A stretch of 64,000 nucleotides of DNA from an uncultured Actinomycetes bacterium (GTDB lineage: Bacteria; Actinomycetota; Acidimicrobiia; IMCC26256; PALSA-610). This document shows, piece after piece, positions 38,832-47,356 of this stretch (position 1 is its first letter; each line of letters starts with the position of its first letter). The notes under the pieces were generated by a model, which made no database searches, was not told where the DNA came from, and was given only the letters and a program-made list of their open reading frames with translations. The stretch covers positions 731,669 through 795,668 of the forward strand of contig CAVPBG010000002.1 in NCBI GenBank assembly GCA_963701825.1, in the 5' to 3' direction. Both the position numbers and the translations under genes were made by a program.

Positions 38832-39992
38832 GTGCTGCAAGGGCGTGACGGTTCTCGATCTCGCGTCGGTCGGCCCGGCCGCGCGCACGTCGCGCTGGCT
38901 GGCCGACTACGGCGCGCGCGTCGTGAAGGTCGGCCCGCCGCCGAAGCAGTCGGGCGTGCAGATCGTGCCGCCGTTCTACGCGTACAGCGGGCACCGCGGC
39001 ATGGAGCGGGTCCTGCTCGACCTGAAATCCGATTCCGGCCGCGACGCGTTCCTCCGCCTGGCCGCGAACGCCGACGTGGTGATCGAGAGCTTCCGGCCCG
39101 GCGTGATGGACCGGCTCGGCATCGGCGACGCGGCGGTGCGCGCCGTGAACCCCGCCATCGTCTACTGCTCGACGAGCGGCTACGGCCAGACCGGTCCGCG
39201 CTCGCAGTGGGCCGGCCACGATCTCAACTACCTCGCGGTCGGCGGCTACCTCGACTGCTCCGGGCCGCGACGCCGACGGTGGTCCCGCGCTGCCCGGGCG
39301 CGACGATCGGCGACGCCGCGGGCGGCGGGATGCAAGCGGTGATCGCGATCCTCGCCGCGCTCGTGCAACGCGCCGCGACCGGCGAGGGCGCGTACCTCGA
39401 CGTCTCGGTCGCCGACGGAGTGGTCGCGCTCATGTCGCTGTACGTCGACGAGTACTTCGCGACCGGCGAGGTGCCGGGTCCGCGCCACAACATTCTCACC
39501 GGCCGCTACGCGTGTTACGACGTGTACCGCTGTGCCGACGACAAGTGGATCGCGGTGGCGGCGATCGAGCCGCACTTCTACGCCAACCTGTGCCGCGCGC
39601 TCGGCTGCGAGCAGTGGCTCGCGCACCAGACCGACGACGCGGTGCAGGACGCGATCCGCGCCGACTTCCGCGCGGCCATCGCCGACTCGGACGCGCGACG
39701 AGTGGGTCGCGCAGCTCGGTCCGGCCGACACGTGTGTGTCGGAGGTGGCGTCGGTTCCCGAGCTCGTGCACGACGCGCACCTGCGGGCCCGCAACGTGTT
39801 CGTCGAGGCGACCGCGCCGGAGCACGGGGAGTTTCGAGCAGGTCGGCTGGGTGCTCGCGGGCATGGACCGCGACCAGCCCGGTCCGGTGGTGCGCGACGC
39901 GACGATCACCGACACCGACGCGCTGCTTGGCAGAGGTCGGCTACTCGGCCGCGGAGATCGCGGCACTACGCGAACAGGGGGTTGCGGCATGA
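38832..39992 (+). pseudogene. family III CoA transferase (alpha-methylacyl-CoA racemase-like); about six apparent frameshifts
   Basis: Sensible segments alternate frames: MLQG | VTVLDLASVGPAAR...GHDLNYLAVGGYLDCSGP | ADGGPALPG | ATIGDAAGGGMQAVIAILAAL...ADFRAAIA | RTRDEWVAQLGPADTCVSEV...EHGEF | EQVGWVLAGMDRDQPG...DALL | AEVGYSAAEIAALREQGVAA*. The shifts are near 38843, 39270, 39297, 39686, 39833 and 39930. Confidence 0.8.
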
Positions 39993-40509
39993 GCGATTCC
40001 GATCTGCCGCCGGACGTCGAGAAGCTGATCGACCAGGTGCAGTACGAGGAGACCGGCGAGTTCCCGGTCGAGCAGCGGCTACATCTGGACGACGTGCTCG
40101 TCGGTCGAGAACGGCAACCCGCTGTTCTGGGACGACGATGTCGCCGACGAGATCACCGACGGCCCGATCGCGCCGCCGACGATGATCTCGGTGTGGTTCC
40201 GGCCGCACCAGTGGGCGCCGGGCCGCACCGAGCCCGCGGTGCCGCTGCAGGTGCACTTCGACCTGAAGCGAGATCTTCGAGCTGCCGGAAGCGGTCATGA
40301 CCGACAACACGATCGTGTTCCACGAGCCCGTCCGCCCCGGCGACCGCTTGCGCACGCGCCAGATCCTGCGCTCGGTCAGCGAGCCGAAGACGACCAAGCT
40401 CGGCACCGGCCGGTTCTGGGTGATCGAGGTCGAGTACCTGAACCAGAGCGACGAGCTCGTCGGCGTCGAGTCGTACACCGGTTTCGGCTACCGCCGAGGT
40501 GAGTCGTGA
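39989..40509 (+). pseudogene. MaoC-like/FAS1-like dehydratase N-type hot-dog subunit (ChsH1-like); apparent frameshifts
   Basis: There is an ATGA overlap with the upstream gene. The segments are MSDSDLPPDVEKLIDQVQYEETGEFPVEQ | GYIWTTCSSVENGNPLFWDDDVADEITDGPIAPPTMISVWF...HFDLKR | IFELPEAVMTDNTIVFHEPVRPGDRL...GFGYRRGES*. The shifts are near 40075 and 40270. Confidence 0.75.
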
Positions 40510-40992
40510 GCACCACGGCGACGACCCTCAAACTCGGCGACGTGAAGGTCGGCGACGCGTTGCCCGAGCTCGCGTACCCCGTGACGGCCACGACGGTCGT
40601 GCTCGGCGCGCTCGCGGCGCGCGACTGGCGCCCGATGCACCACGACTACGACTTCGCGGTGAACCGCAACGGCACGAAGGACATCTTCATGAACACGCCG
40701 AACCAGGCCGCCTGGTTCGAGCGGTATCCTCACCGACTGGTCGGGTCCGACCGGCCGGCTCGGGCGGATGAAGTTCCGCATGAAGGGCTCCGTGTTCCCC
40801 GGCGACACGATGGTGCTGGCGGGCATCGTCGAGTCCGTCGAGACCGACGACGTGGGGTGCGGCTGGGCGAACGTGCTCGTGCGCCTCACCGTCGACGGCG
40901 ACCTCAAGACCGACTGCACCGCGCGTATCGCGCTGCCGACCACCGACGACGACAACCCCTGGACCCGCCGCGGCGACCAGTGGAAACCGTAG
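40506..40992 (+). pseudogene. MaoC family dehydratase hot-dog subunit (ChsH2-like, no DUF35); apparent frameshift
   Basis: MSTTATTLKLGDVKVGDALPEL...RPMHHDYDFA...AAWFERY | LTDWSGPTGRLGRMKFRMKGSVFPGDTM.... There is one net +1 shift near 40727. It overlaps the previous gene by 4 nt. Confidence 0.8.
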
Positions 40993-41010
40993 GGATGTAG
41001 GAGACACACG

Positions 41011-42142
41011 ATGGATCTCGATCTCAACGAAGAGCAGGAGATGCTGCGCGAGATGGTGCGCGGCGTCTGCAGCTCGTACGCGCAACCTCGAGACGGTGCG
41101 CGCGCTCGAGGACGATCCCGTCGGGTACCCGGCCGAGCTGTGGAAGCAGATGGCCGCGCTCGACCTGATCGGGCTGATGGTTCCGGCCGCGTACGGCGGC
41201 TCGGAGATGAGCGCGCTCGAAGGCGCGGTCGTCTACACGGAGCTCGGGCGCGCGCTCGCGCCGTCGCCGCATTTCGTCAGCGCGGTGATGGGCGCGGGCG
41301 TGTTGCTGCGGGCCGGGACCGACGAGCAGAAGCAGTCGTGGCTGCCGCGCATCGTCTCCGGCGACGCGATCGTGACGACGGCCTGGCTCGAGCCCGGCAA
41401 CGGCTTCGGCCCGCGCGGCGTGCAGACGCGGGCCGTCGCCGACGGCGACGGCTTCGTGCTCGACGGCGTGAAGTGGCACGTGCCGTTCGCCAAGGCGGCG
41501 ACCGCGATGATCGTGCTCGCCCGGACCGGTGATGCCGACTCCGACGTCGACCTGTTCCTCGTCGATCCGGATGCGGCCGGGGTCACGCTCGAGCAGCAGC
41601 TGACGATCGCGTCGGACACGCAGTACGAGGTCACGTTGGCGGGCGTGCGCGTGCCGGCCGCGGCTCGCATCGGCGCCGCGGGTACGGGCTGGGCCACGTG
41701 GAACGAGACCATGCTCGACGGTGTCGATCATGCTCGCGGCCCAGGCCGTCGGCGGCGCACGCTACGCGCTCGACATCACCGTGCAGTACGCCAAGGACCG
41801 CGAGCAGTTCGACAAGCCGCTCGGCGCGTTCCAGGCGATCTCGCACTACCTCGCCGACGCGGTGACCGCGGTCGACGGCGCCGAGATGCTCGTGTACGAG
41901 GCCGCGTGGGCGCGCGCCGAACGGCAAGCCCGATCGACCGGCTCGCGCCGATGGCGAAGCTGTTCGCGTGCAAGACCTTCCGCGACGTCACCGCGATGGC
42001 GCAGCAGGTGTTCGGCGGCGTCGGCTTCACGGTCGAGTACGACATCCAGCTCTACTTCCGCCGGGCCAAGCAGCTGCAGATCTCGTGGTGGGACGACCGC
42101 GCGCTCGAGGAGCTCGTCGCGGGATCGGTGTTCGGCAGCTAG
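41011..42142 (+). pseudogene. acyl-CoA dehydrogenase (FadE-like); three to four apparent frameshifts
   Basis: MDLDLNEEQEMLREMVRGVCSSYA | NLETVRALEDDPVGYPAELW...TWNETMLDGV | IMLAAQAVGGARYALDITVQYAKDREQF...EAAWARAE | ..PIDRLAPMAKLFACKTF...WWDDRALEELVAGSVFGS*. The shifts are near 41081, 41725 and 41920-41930. The last is either one -1 event or two +1 events. Confidence 0.8.
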
Positions 42143-42150
42143 GGCCGATC

Positions 42151-42744
42151 GTGGCCGCCCGGCTCGCCCGGATCGACGACGCTGATGCGATCACCGAGAC
42201 GATCGCGACCGCGTTCTTCAACGATCCGCTGTGGAGTTGGGCCTTCAACGACGAGACGCGGCGAGCCGAGCAATACCGCGTGTGGTGGCGCGTCTTCGTC
42301 GACTCGTCCTATCGCAACCAGTTCACGTGGGTCACGCCCCAATGCGAGTCGGTCGCGGTCTGGGTGCCGCCGGGCGGCTCCGAGATCACGCCGGCCGAGG
42401 AACGGCACCTCGTGGATCTGGTCGGTGAGTTCATGGCGGGCGATCACGCCAACGCCGTGTTGGCGCTGCTCGACCGCTTCGAGGCCGCGCACCCGCACGC
42501 CGAGCCCCACTACTACCTGAGCATCGTCGCCACGCACGACGACCACCGCGGACGCGGGACGGGTGAAGCGCTGCTCGCGGAGAACCTGACACGCGTCGAC
42601 GCCGAACACATGCCCGCGTATCTCGAGTCGAGCAATCCCGCGAACGTGAAACGGTACCGACGTCTGGGCTTCGAACCGATCGGTGAAATCTCGGTGCCCG
42701 ACGGGCTCCCCGCGGTGACCACGATGTGGCGCAGCGCCCGCTGA
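42151..42744 (+). CDS. GNAT family N-acetyltransferase
   Basis: The GTG at 42151 gives MAARLARIDDADAITETIATAFFNDPLWSW. The acetyl-CoA motif HRGRGTGEALL is present. Intact. Confidence 0.8.
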   Translation: MAARLARIDDADAITETIATAFFNDPLWSWAFNDETRRAEQYRVWWRVFVDSSYRNQFTWVTPQCESVAVWVPPGGSEITPAEERHLVDLVGEFMAGDHANAVLALLDRFEAAHPHAEPHYYLSIVATHDDHRGRGTGEALLAENLTRVDAEHMPAYLESSNPANVKRYRRLGFEPIGEISVPDGLPAVTTMWRSAR

Positions 42745-42762
42745 GGCGCGGCGCGCGCGGCA

Positions 42763-43995
42763 CTACTCCGGGTCCTGCGACTGCACCCAGCGCCCGCCCT
42801 GCCAGGTCGCGCGCCAGTTCGTGAACACGTTGCCGTTCCAGTAGCGCAGGGTCGTGGCGTCGCGGCGGAACCAACCGGGCGGGCTCTGACCGGGCTTGGG
42901 GATCACCATCGGCGCCTCATCGGCGGTTGCAGTCGTGGCGGCCGCGGCGGGCGTGTTCACCGCCAGGCCGCCGGTGAGCGGCTGGGCCGTGCGGATGTCG
43001 GCCGACTGGCTGATGGCCTGCAGATCGACCGGAACTCCGGTGATGGTCTCGTCGACCGGACCACGGCCGTCGGGGTCGAGGCCTTCGAGCTTGCGCAGGA
43101 TCGCGATGCGTTCCGCGAGTGGCGGGTGCGAATCGAACATGCGGTTGAGCTTGGCGTGCCGGTCGTCGCCATTGCCGCGCAGCGGCGCGACGAGCCAGAG
43201 GTGCGCGGTCGCGCGCGAGACGTGGTGCACCACGGTGTGGTCGGCCTCGAGCTTCTCGAGCGCCTTGCGAATGCCATCGGGGGAGACCAGCTCGGCCGCG
43301 CTCACGTCGGCGAGCTCCTCACGGTGACGGGAGATCGCCATCGAGAGAACGCGCGCCCCGAACGCGAGAACACCGGCAAGCGCGGCGATCGCGATGAGCA
43401 CGATCGCGCCGTCGTCCTTGTCGTCGCCCCAATCGGCGAACCAACTGGCGCGGGCCGCGATCTCCGCGACGGCGACGAGGATCCCGACGGTTGTGACGGC
43501 CAGCGTCGTGACCTGCACGTCGCGATTGCGGATGTGCGACATCTCGTGCGCGAGCACTCCCTCGAGCTCGCGCCGCGACATGAGGTTCAACAGCCCGGTC
43601 GTGACGGCGACACCGGCGCGCTCCGGCGAGCGCCCGAACGCGAACGCGTTGGGAGCCGGGTCGTCGACGATGTACACCTTCGGCTGCGGGAGACCGGTGC
43701 GGATGCACAGACCCTCGATGACGTCGTACAGCACCTTGGCCTGTTCGGGACCGACCTCCACCGCGTGCGTCAGGGCAATCGTGGCCCGCACCGCCAACAG
43801 CCAGCCCACGATGTCGACGACGAAGGCGATCGAGACACCGACGAGGATCCCGACCGGCACCGAGCGCGTGGCCAGGATCCCGATCACGGCCCCGAGCACG
43901 CCGACGAACAGGAATTCCGTCGTCAACATGACCATCGACGTACGCCGATTCTGGGCGATCAGCTCGACGTGGGTTTGCGGGGAAGCGGTGCTCAC
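42763..43995 (-). CDS. M48 family (HtpX-like) zinc metalloprotease with C-terminal Trp-rich DUF2510-like tail
   Basis: TM helices are present, along with the HEMSH zinc motif and a downstream EELAD. The C-terminal segment PPGWFRRDATTLRYWNGNVFTNW resembles DUF2510. 410 aa, intact. Confidence 0.85.
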   Translation of the reverse strand: MSTASPQTHVELIAQNRRTSMVMLTTEFLFVGVLGAVIGILATRSVPVGILVGVSIAFVVDIVGWLLAVRATIALTHAVEVGPEQAKVLYDVIEGLCIRTGLPQPKVYIVDDPAPNAFAFGRSPERAGVAVTTGLLNLMSRRELEGVLAHEMSHIRNRDVQVTTLAVTTVGILVAVAEIAARASWFADWGDDKDDGAIVLIAIAALAGVLAFGARVLSMAISRHREELADVSAAELVSPDGIRKALEKLEADHTVVHHVSRATAHLWLVAPLRGNGDDRHAKLNRMFDSHPPLAERIAILRKLEGLDPDGRGPVDETITGVPVDLQAISQSADIRTAQPLTGGLAVNTPAAAATTATADEAPMVIPKPGQSPPGWFRRDATTLRYWNGNVFTNWRATWQGGRWVQSQDPE

Positions 43996-44096
43996 AGACC
44001 CTCATCGTCGCGCGGAAATGGGCCTGTGCCTGACCTGTGGGCAGATCGCGGGCCGTGGGATCCCCGGCCGTCGCGCGCGGGGTTCCTAGGGTTTGT

Positions 44097-44122
44097 GGAA
44101 CCGGGAAGTGCCTCCGAACGTT
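44097..44122 (+). promoter_or_regulatory. candidate ECF-sigma-type promoter (GGAAC-N17-CGTT)
   Basis: GGAAC lies at 44097-44101 and CGTT at 44119-44122, about 70 nt upstream of the mauE-like ATG. This is a motif match only. A GGTTCC..GGAACC inverted repeat overlaps the -35 element. Confidence 0.3.
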
Positions 44123-44191
44123 TACATCTCGCACCCATGGGAACGACGAAGCGAAGCGGATCCAGCACTCAGGGCGGCGGAAGGTGACGTG

Positions 44192-44740
44192 ATGCCCGCT
44201 CTCCACGTCGCCCATCTGATTTCGGGACCCTTCCTCGCCGCGTGTGCCGTGCTCGTGATCGCGGGCGCGGGCAAGGTCCGGCGACCTCGGCCGGCCCGGG
44301 CCGCGGCGCGCGCCGCGGGACTTCGCCTACCGAGCGCGGCAATCGTCGCGCTGGCGCTCGTCGAGATCGGGGCCGGCCTCGGCGGCGCCGCCTTCGGGGG
44401 CCGGGTCGCATGGCTCGTCGCGGCTTGCTACGTGCTGCTCACATTCGTCGCCGTCCGCCTGCTGCGCCGCGCGCCGACGACTCCGTGCGCGTGCCTGGGC
44501 TCGTCGACCGCGGTCGTCACTCCGGTCCATGTCGTGATCGACATCGTGGGCGCGGGTGTTGCCGTCGCCGCGACCGCGGGGGGATCGCCGTTGAACGGCA
44601 TCGCGGGCCATTGGCTCGAAGGCGCGATCTTCCTCGCGCTCGTGGCGTGTTGCGTCCAGCTCACGACCCTCACGCTCGGGGCGATGGCCGATCTCACCAC
44701 GGCCGTCAAGACGGGCGCAGTCGAAGGAGGTACCGCGTGA
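44192..44740 (+). CDS. MauE/DoxX family redox-associated membrane protein
   Basis: The ATG at 44192 gives MPALHVAHLISGPFLAACAVLVIAG. There are 4-5 TM helices and a PCACLG Cys pair. This is the first gene of a coupled four-gene set. Confidence 0.8.
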   Translation: MPALHVAHLISGPFLAACAVLVIAGAGKVRRPRPARAAARAAGLRLPSAAIVALALVEIGAGLGGAAFGGRVAWLVAACYVLLTFVAVRLLRRAPTTPCACLGSSTAVVTPVHVVIDIVGAGVAVAATAGGSPLNGIAGHWLEGAIFLALVACCVQLTTLTLGAMADLTTAVKTGAVEGGTA

Positions 44741-45462
44741 CCACGGCGATACTCGTGATCGAAACTGCCGTTGTCGCGGTGTTGACGCTGCTCGTGGCCG
44801 GCCTCTTGCGCAGCCACGCGGAGATCCTGCGGCGCCTGCACGCGCTCGGCGCGGGTCTGGATCTCGACGACCCCGTTGCCGGTTCGGGAACGAGCACGAC
44901 TCGGCCCGTCGACCTGCGCGCGTCCGAGGCCGGCTTCGTCACTGCGGTCGACCTGGCCGGTTCGGGATTGCGCGACGACGCGTTGCACGTGCCCGTCGTC
45001 GGTGTCGCGCACCGCACGCTGATCGCGTTCCTGTCGAGTGGCTGCCTCACGTGTCAGACCTTCTGGGAGGCGTTCGCCGACGTGCGCGGGCTTGGCCTGC
45101 CCGACGACGTCCGGCTCGTCGTCGTGACGAAGGACGGCGCCGAGGAGAGCACCTCGGTGTTGCGGCGGCTCGCGCCGGCCGGAGTGCCCGTCGTGATGTC
45201 GAGCGCGGGCTGGGCCGACTACCAGGTTCCAGGTTCGCCGTACTTCGTGCTCGTCGACGGGACCGAAGGCCGCGTGCGCGGCGAGGGTACGGGCGCGCAC
45301 TGGGATCAGGTGAAGAATCTCCTGCGCCAGGCCGACGATGATGCGAGCGACAGCTCGCGCGAAGTGCGCATCGACCGCGAGCTCCTCGCGCACGGCATCG
45401 CGCCGGGCGATCCGAGTCTCTACCGGACCGCAGAACAGATCGTGTCCGAGTCGAGCGCGTGA
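44737..45462 (+). CDS. membrane-anchored thioredoxin-fold protein (MauD/TlpA-like, CxxC)
   Basis: There is a GTGA overlap with the mauE-like stop, preceded by GAAGGAGG. An N-terminal TM helix is present, then LIAFLSSGCLTCQTFWEAF (CxxC), and later SPYFVLVDG, which is typical of a thioredoxin fold. Confidence 0.75.
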   Translation: MTTAILVIETAVVAVLTLLVAGLLRSHAEILRRLHALGAGLDLDDPVAGSGTSTTRPVDLRASEAGFVTAVDLAGSGLRDDALHVPVVGVAHRTLIAFLSSGCLTCQTFWEAFADVRGLGLPDDVRLVVVTKDGAEESTSVLRRLAPAGVPVVMSSAGWADYQVPGSPYFVLVDGTEGRVRGEGTGAHWDQVKNLLRQADDDASDSSREVRIDRELLAHGIAPGDPSLYRTAEQIVSESSA

Positions 45463-45472
45463 CCAGGGGCTC

Positions 45473-45925
45473 ATGACGAAACTCGCGGCGCACGGCCTCG
45501 CGATCGGGCTGCCGATCGGGTGGGAGGGGCGCATTCAACGGCGCGCGATCACGACCGCGGCGGAGCGCACGTACGCGGTCGTGCACCTCGCCAACTTCGC
45601 GCTACCGGAACAGCGCGACGACTTCGGCGGTGGGGTCACGCCCGCGATGCGTTCGCCCGACGTGTTCGTCGTGCTGTTCGAGTACGGGCCGGAGTCACTC
45701 GGTTCGCCGTTGTTCGCCCCGGAGGGGATTCCCCGCGTCCGCGCCGACATGTTCGGTTCGAAACGCCTGCAGCGCCCACTGCCGGGGCAGCTCGGTTGTC
45801 AACGCTTCTTCACCGTCAACGGCCGACCGTTCTGTCTCTACGTGGTCGCCGGGAGCCGGGCGTCGTTGCCGCGCATCATCGCCCAGGTCAACGCCGCGCT
45901 CGCGGGCCTGGATATCGAACCGTGA
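45473..45925 (+). CDS. hypothetical protein (no signal peptide, no recognised domain)
   Basis: 150-aa ORF. It starts 10 nt after the previous stop and ends in a GTGA overlap with the next gene. Its composition is protein-like. Confidence 0.6.
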   Translation: MTKLAAHGLAIGLPIGWEGRIQRRAITTAAERTYAVVHLANFALPEQRDDFGGGVTPAMRSPDVFVVLFEYGPESLGSPLFAPEGIPRVRADMFGSKRLQRPLPGQLGCQRFFTVNGRPFCLYVVAGSRASLPRIIAQVNAALAGLDIEP

Positions 45926-47328
45926 CCCTGACCGAGCTGCCGAGCGCCGCGCGCACAGAGCCGGGCCGCCGCCTTTCCGATCGGGCGGTCGCGCGCGTGA
46001 CCGCCCGCTTCGGTCGGCGGAGTCCGGTGACCCGGCGGAGCTTTCTCGTGCGCACCGCGATCTTCGCCTCGGCGTTGGTAGTCAACCCGCTGCGTTACAT
46101 CCTCCGGCCGGGCACGGCGTACGCGTCGTTGTGCGGCGGCGATCCGTCGTGCGGTTCGGGCTGGACCGCGTTCTGTTGCACGGTGAACGGCGGGCAGAAC
46201 ACGTGCCCACCGGGGTCGGCGCCCGCGGGTTGGTGGAAGGCTGACAACTCGTCGTTCTGCAACTCCGGTCCGCGGTTCTACATCGACTGCAACGCGTCGT
46301 GCGGCGGGTGCGGATGCGGTGGGAGCGGCCTGTGCGGAGGGGGCTGCGGCGGCTGCAACTGTCACTGCGCGGGCGGCGAGTGCGACGACCGCGTGACGTG
46401 CTGCAACGAGTTTCGCTATGGGCAATGCCATCAAGAGTTGGCGTGTGTGGGCCCGATCGTGTGTCGCGTGGTCACCTGCGTCGCGCCCTGGGACTTCGAC
46501 GCCACCTGCACGACCACGAGCGCAACCGCGAACGCCACGGCGTTGCACGACGTGCCGTGCCTGCACGAGTTCAGCTCGTCGGTGCTCGCGTTCGGTGCCG
46601 CGGCCGACCACGGTGCGCCGAAGGGTCCGCTGTCGGTGCCCATCGTCGGCATCGAAGCGACTCGGAGCGGTTCCGGCTACTGGCTCGTGGCGCGCGACGG
46701 CGGGGTCTTCTCGTTCGGCGACGCACCGTTCCACGGATCGCTCGGCGGGCAGCACTTGAGTCAGCCCATCGTCGACATCGCCCGCACGCCGAACGACGGC
46801 TATTGGTTGGTCGCCTCGGATGGGGGAGTGTTCTCGTTCGGCGACGCGCGCTTCTTCGGCTCGACCGGCGCCATCCGTCTCAATCAGCCGATCGTCGGGA
46901 TGGCCGCGACGCCGACGGGTCGGGGCTACTGGTTGGTTGCGTCGGACGGCGGCATCTTCTGTTTCGGCGACGCGCGCTTCTTGGGTTCGATGGGCGGCGA
47001 ACATCTCAATCGGCCCATCGTGGGGATGGCGGCGACGCCGACCGGTCATGGCTATTGGTTGGTCGCGTCGGATGGTGGCGTGTTCTGTTTCGGCGATGCG
47101 CGCTTCGCCGGTTCGTCGGGCGGTATCCACCTGAACCGGCCGGTGGTCGGCATGGCCGCGACGCCGACGGGCAAGGGCTACTGGTTCGTCGCGGCCGACG
47201 GCGGCATCTCCGCGTTCGGCGACGCGCACTTCCTGGGTGGCGGGAACACGCGGCTGCACGCGGGGAGCGCGACCGATCTCGCAGCGCGGCCCGATGGTCG
47301 TGGCTACTGGATCGCCACCGATACGTAG
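45922..47328 (+). CDS. Tat-signal, Cys-rich (24 Cys, MADH-light-chain-like?) domain fused to ~6-blade GYWL-DGG-F-FGDA repeat propeller
   Basis: A twin-arginine motif (TRRSFLVRTAIFASALVV) is followed by about 150 aa with 24 Cys, including NTCPPGS and CGGCGCGGSGLCGGGCGGCNCHC. Repeats then start at 46675, 46798, 46924, 47050, 47176 and 47302. Confidence 0.85.
   Translation: MTLTELPSAARTEPGRRLSDRAVARVTARFGRRSPVTRRSFLVRTAIFASALVVNPLRYILRPGTAYASLCGGDPSCGSGWTAFCCTVNGGQNTCPPGSAPAGWWKADNSSFCNSGPRFYIDCNASCGGCGCGGSGLCGGGCGGCNCHCAGGECDDRVTCCNEFRYGQCHQELACVGPIVCRVVTCVAPWDFDATCTTTSATANATALHDVPCLHEFSSSVLAFGAAADHGAPKGPLSVPIVGIEATRSGSGYWLVARDGGVFSFGDAPFHGSLGGQHLSQPIVDIARTPNDGYWLVASDGGVFSFGDARFFGSTGAIRLNQPIVGMAATPTGRGYWLVASDGGIFCFGDARFLGSMGGEHLNRPIVGMAATPTGHGYWLVASDGGVFCFGDARFAGSSGGIHLNRPVVGMAATPTGKGYWFVAADGGISAFGDAHFLGGGNTRLHAGSATDLAARPDGRGYWIATDT
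46675..47310 (+). repeat. intragenic tandem DNA repeat, period 126 bp (one 123-bp unit), about 5 copies
   Basis: GGCTA(C/T)TGG unit starts at 46675, 46798, 46924, 47050, 47176 and 47302. Units 2-4 are near-identical at nucleotide level, for example ggctattggttggtcgc(c/g)tcggatgg. Confidence 0.75.
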
Positions 47329-47356
47329 GTTTACGGCTCGTCGCCTGACTTCGAGA

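Noticed and set aside
36332-42142. Programmed ribosomal frameshifting or transcriptional slippage as the explanation for the frame breaks
   Set aside because: There are too many sites, up to six per gene. I could not see a shared slippery heptamer or homopolymer run at the junctions, and no downstream stimulatory structures. The affected genes are ordinary metabolic enzymes that are single-frame in other organisms.
46290-47310. Possible CRISPR-like or non-coding repeat array (Cys-Gly codon repeats and 126-bp units)
   Set aside because: The repeats are in frame within one ORF, have no unique spacers, and translate into a coherent Cys-rich domain and propeller blades. This is not a CRISPR array.
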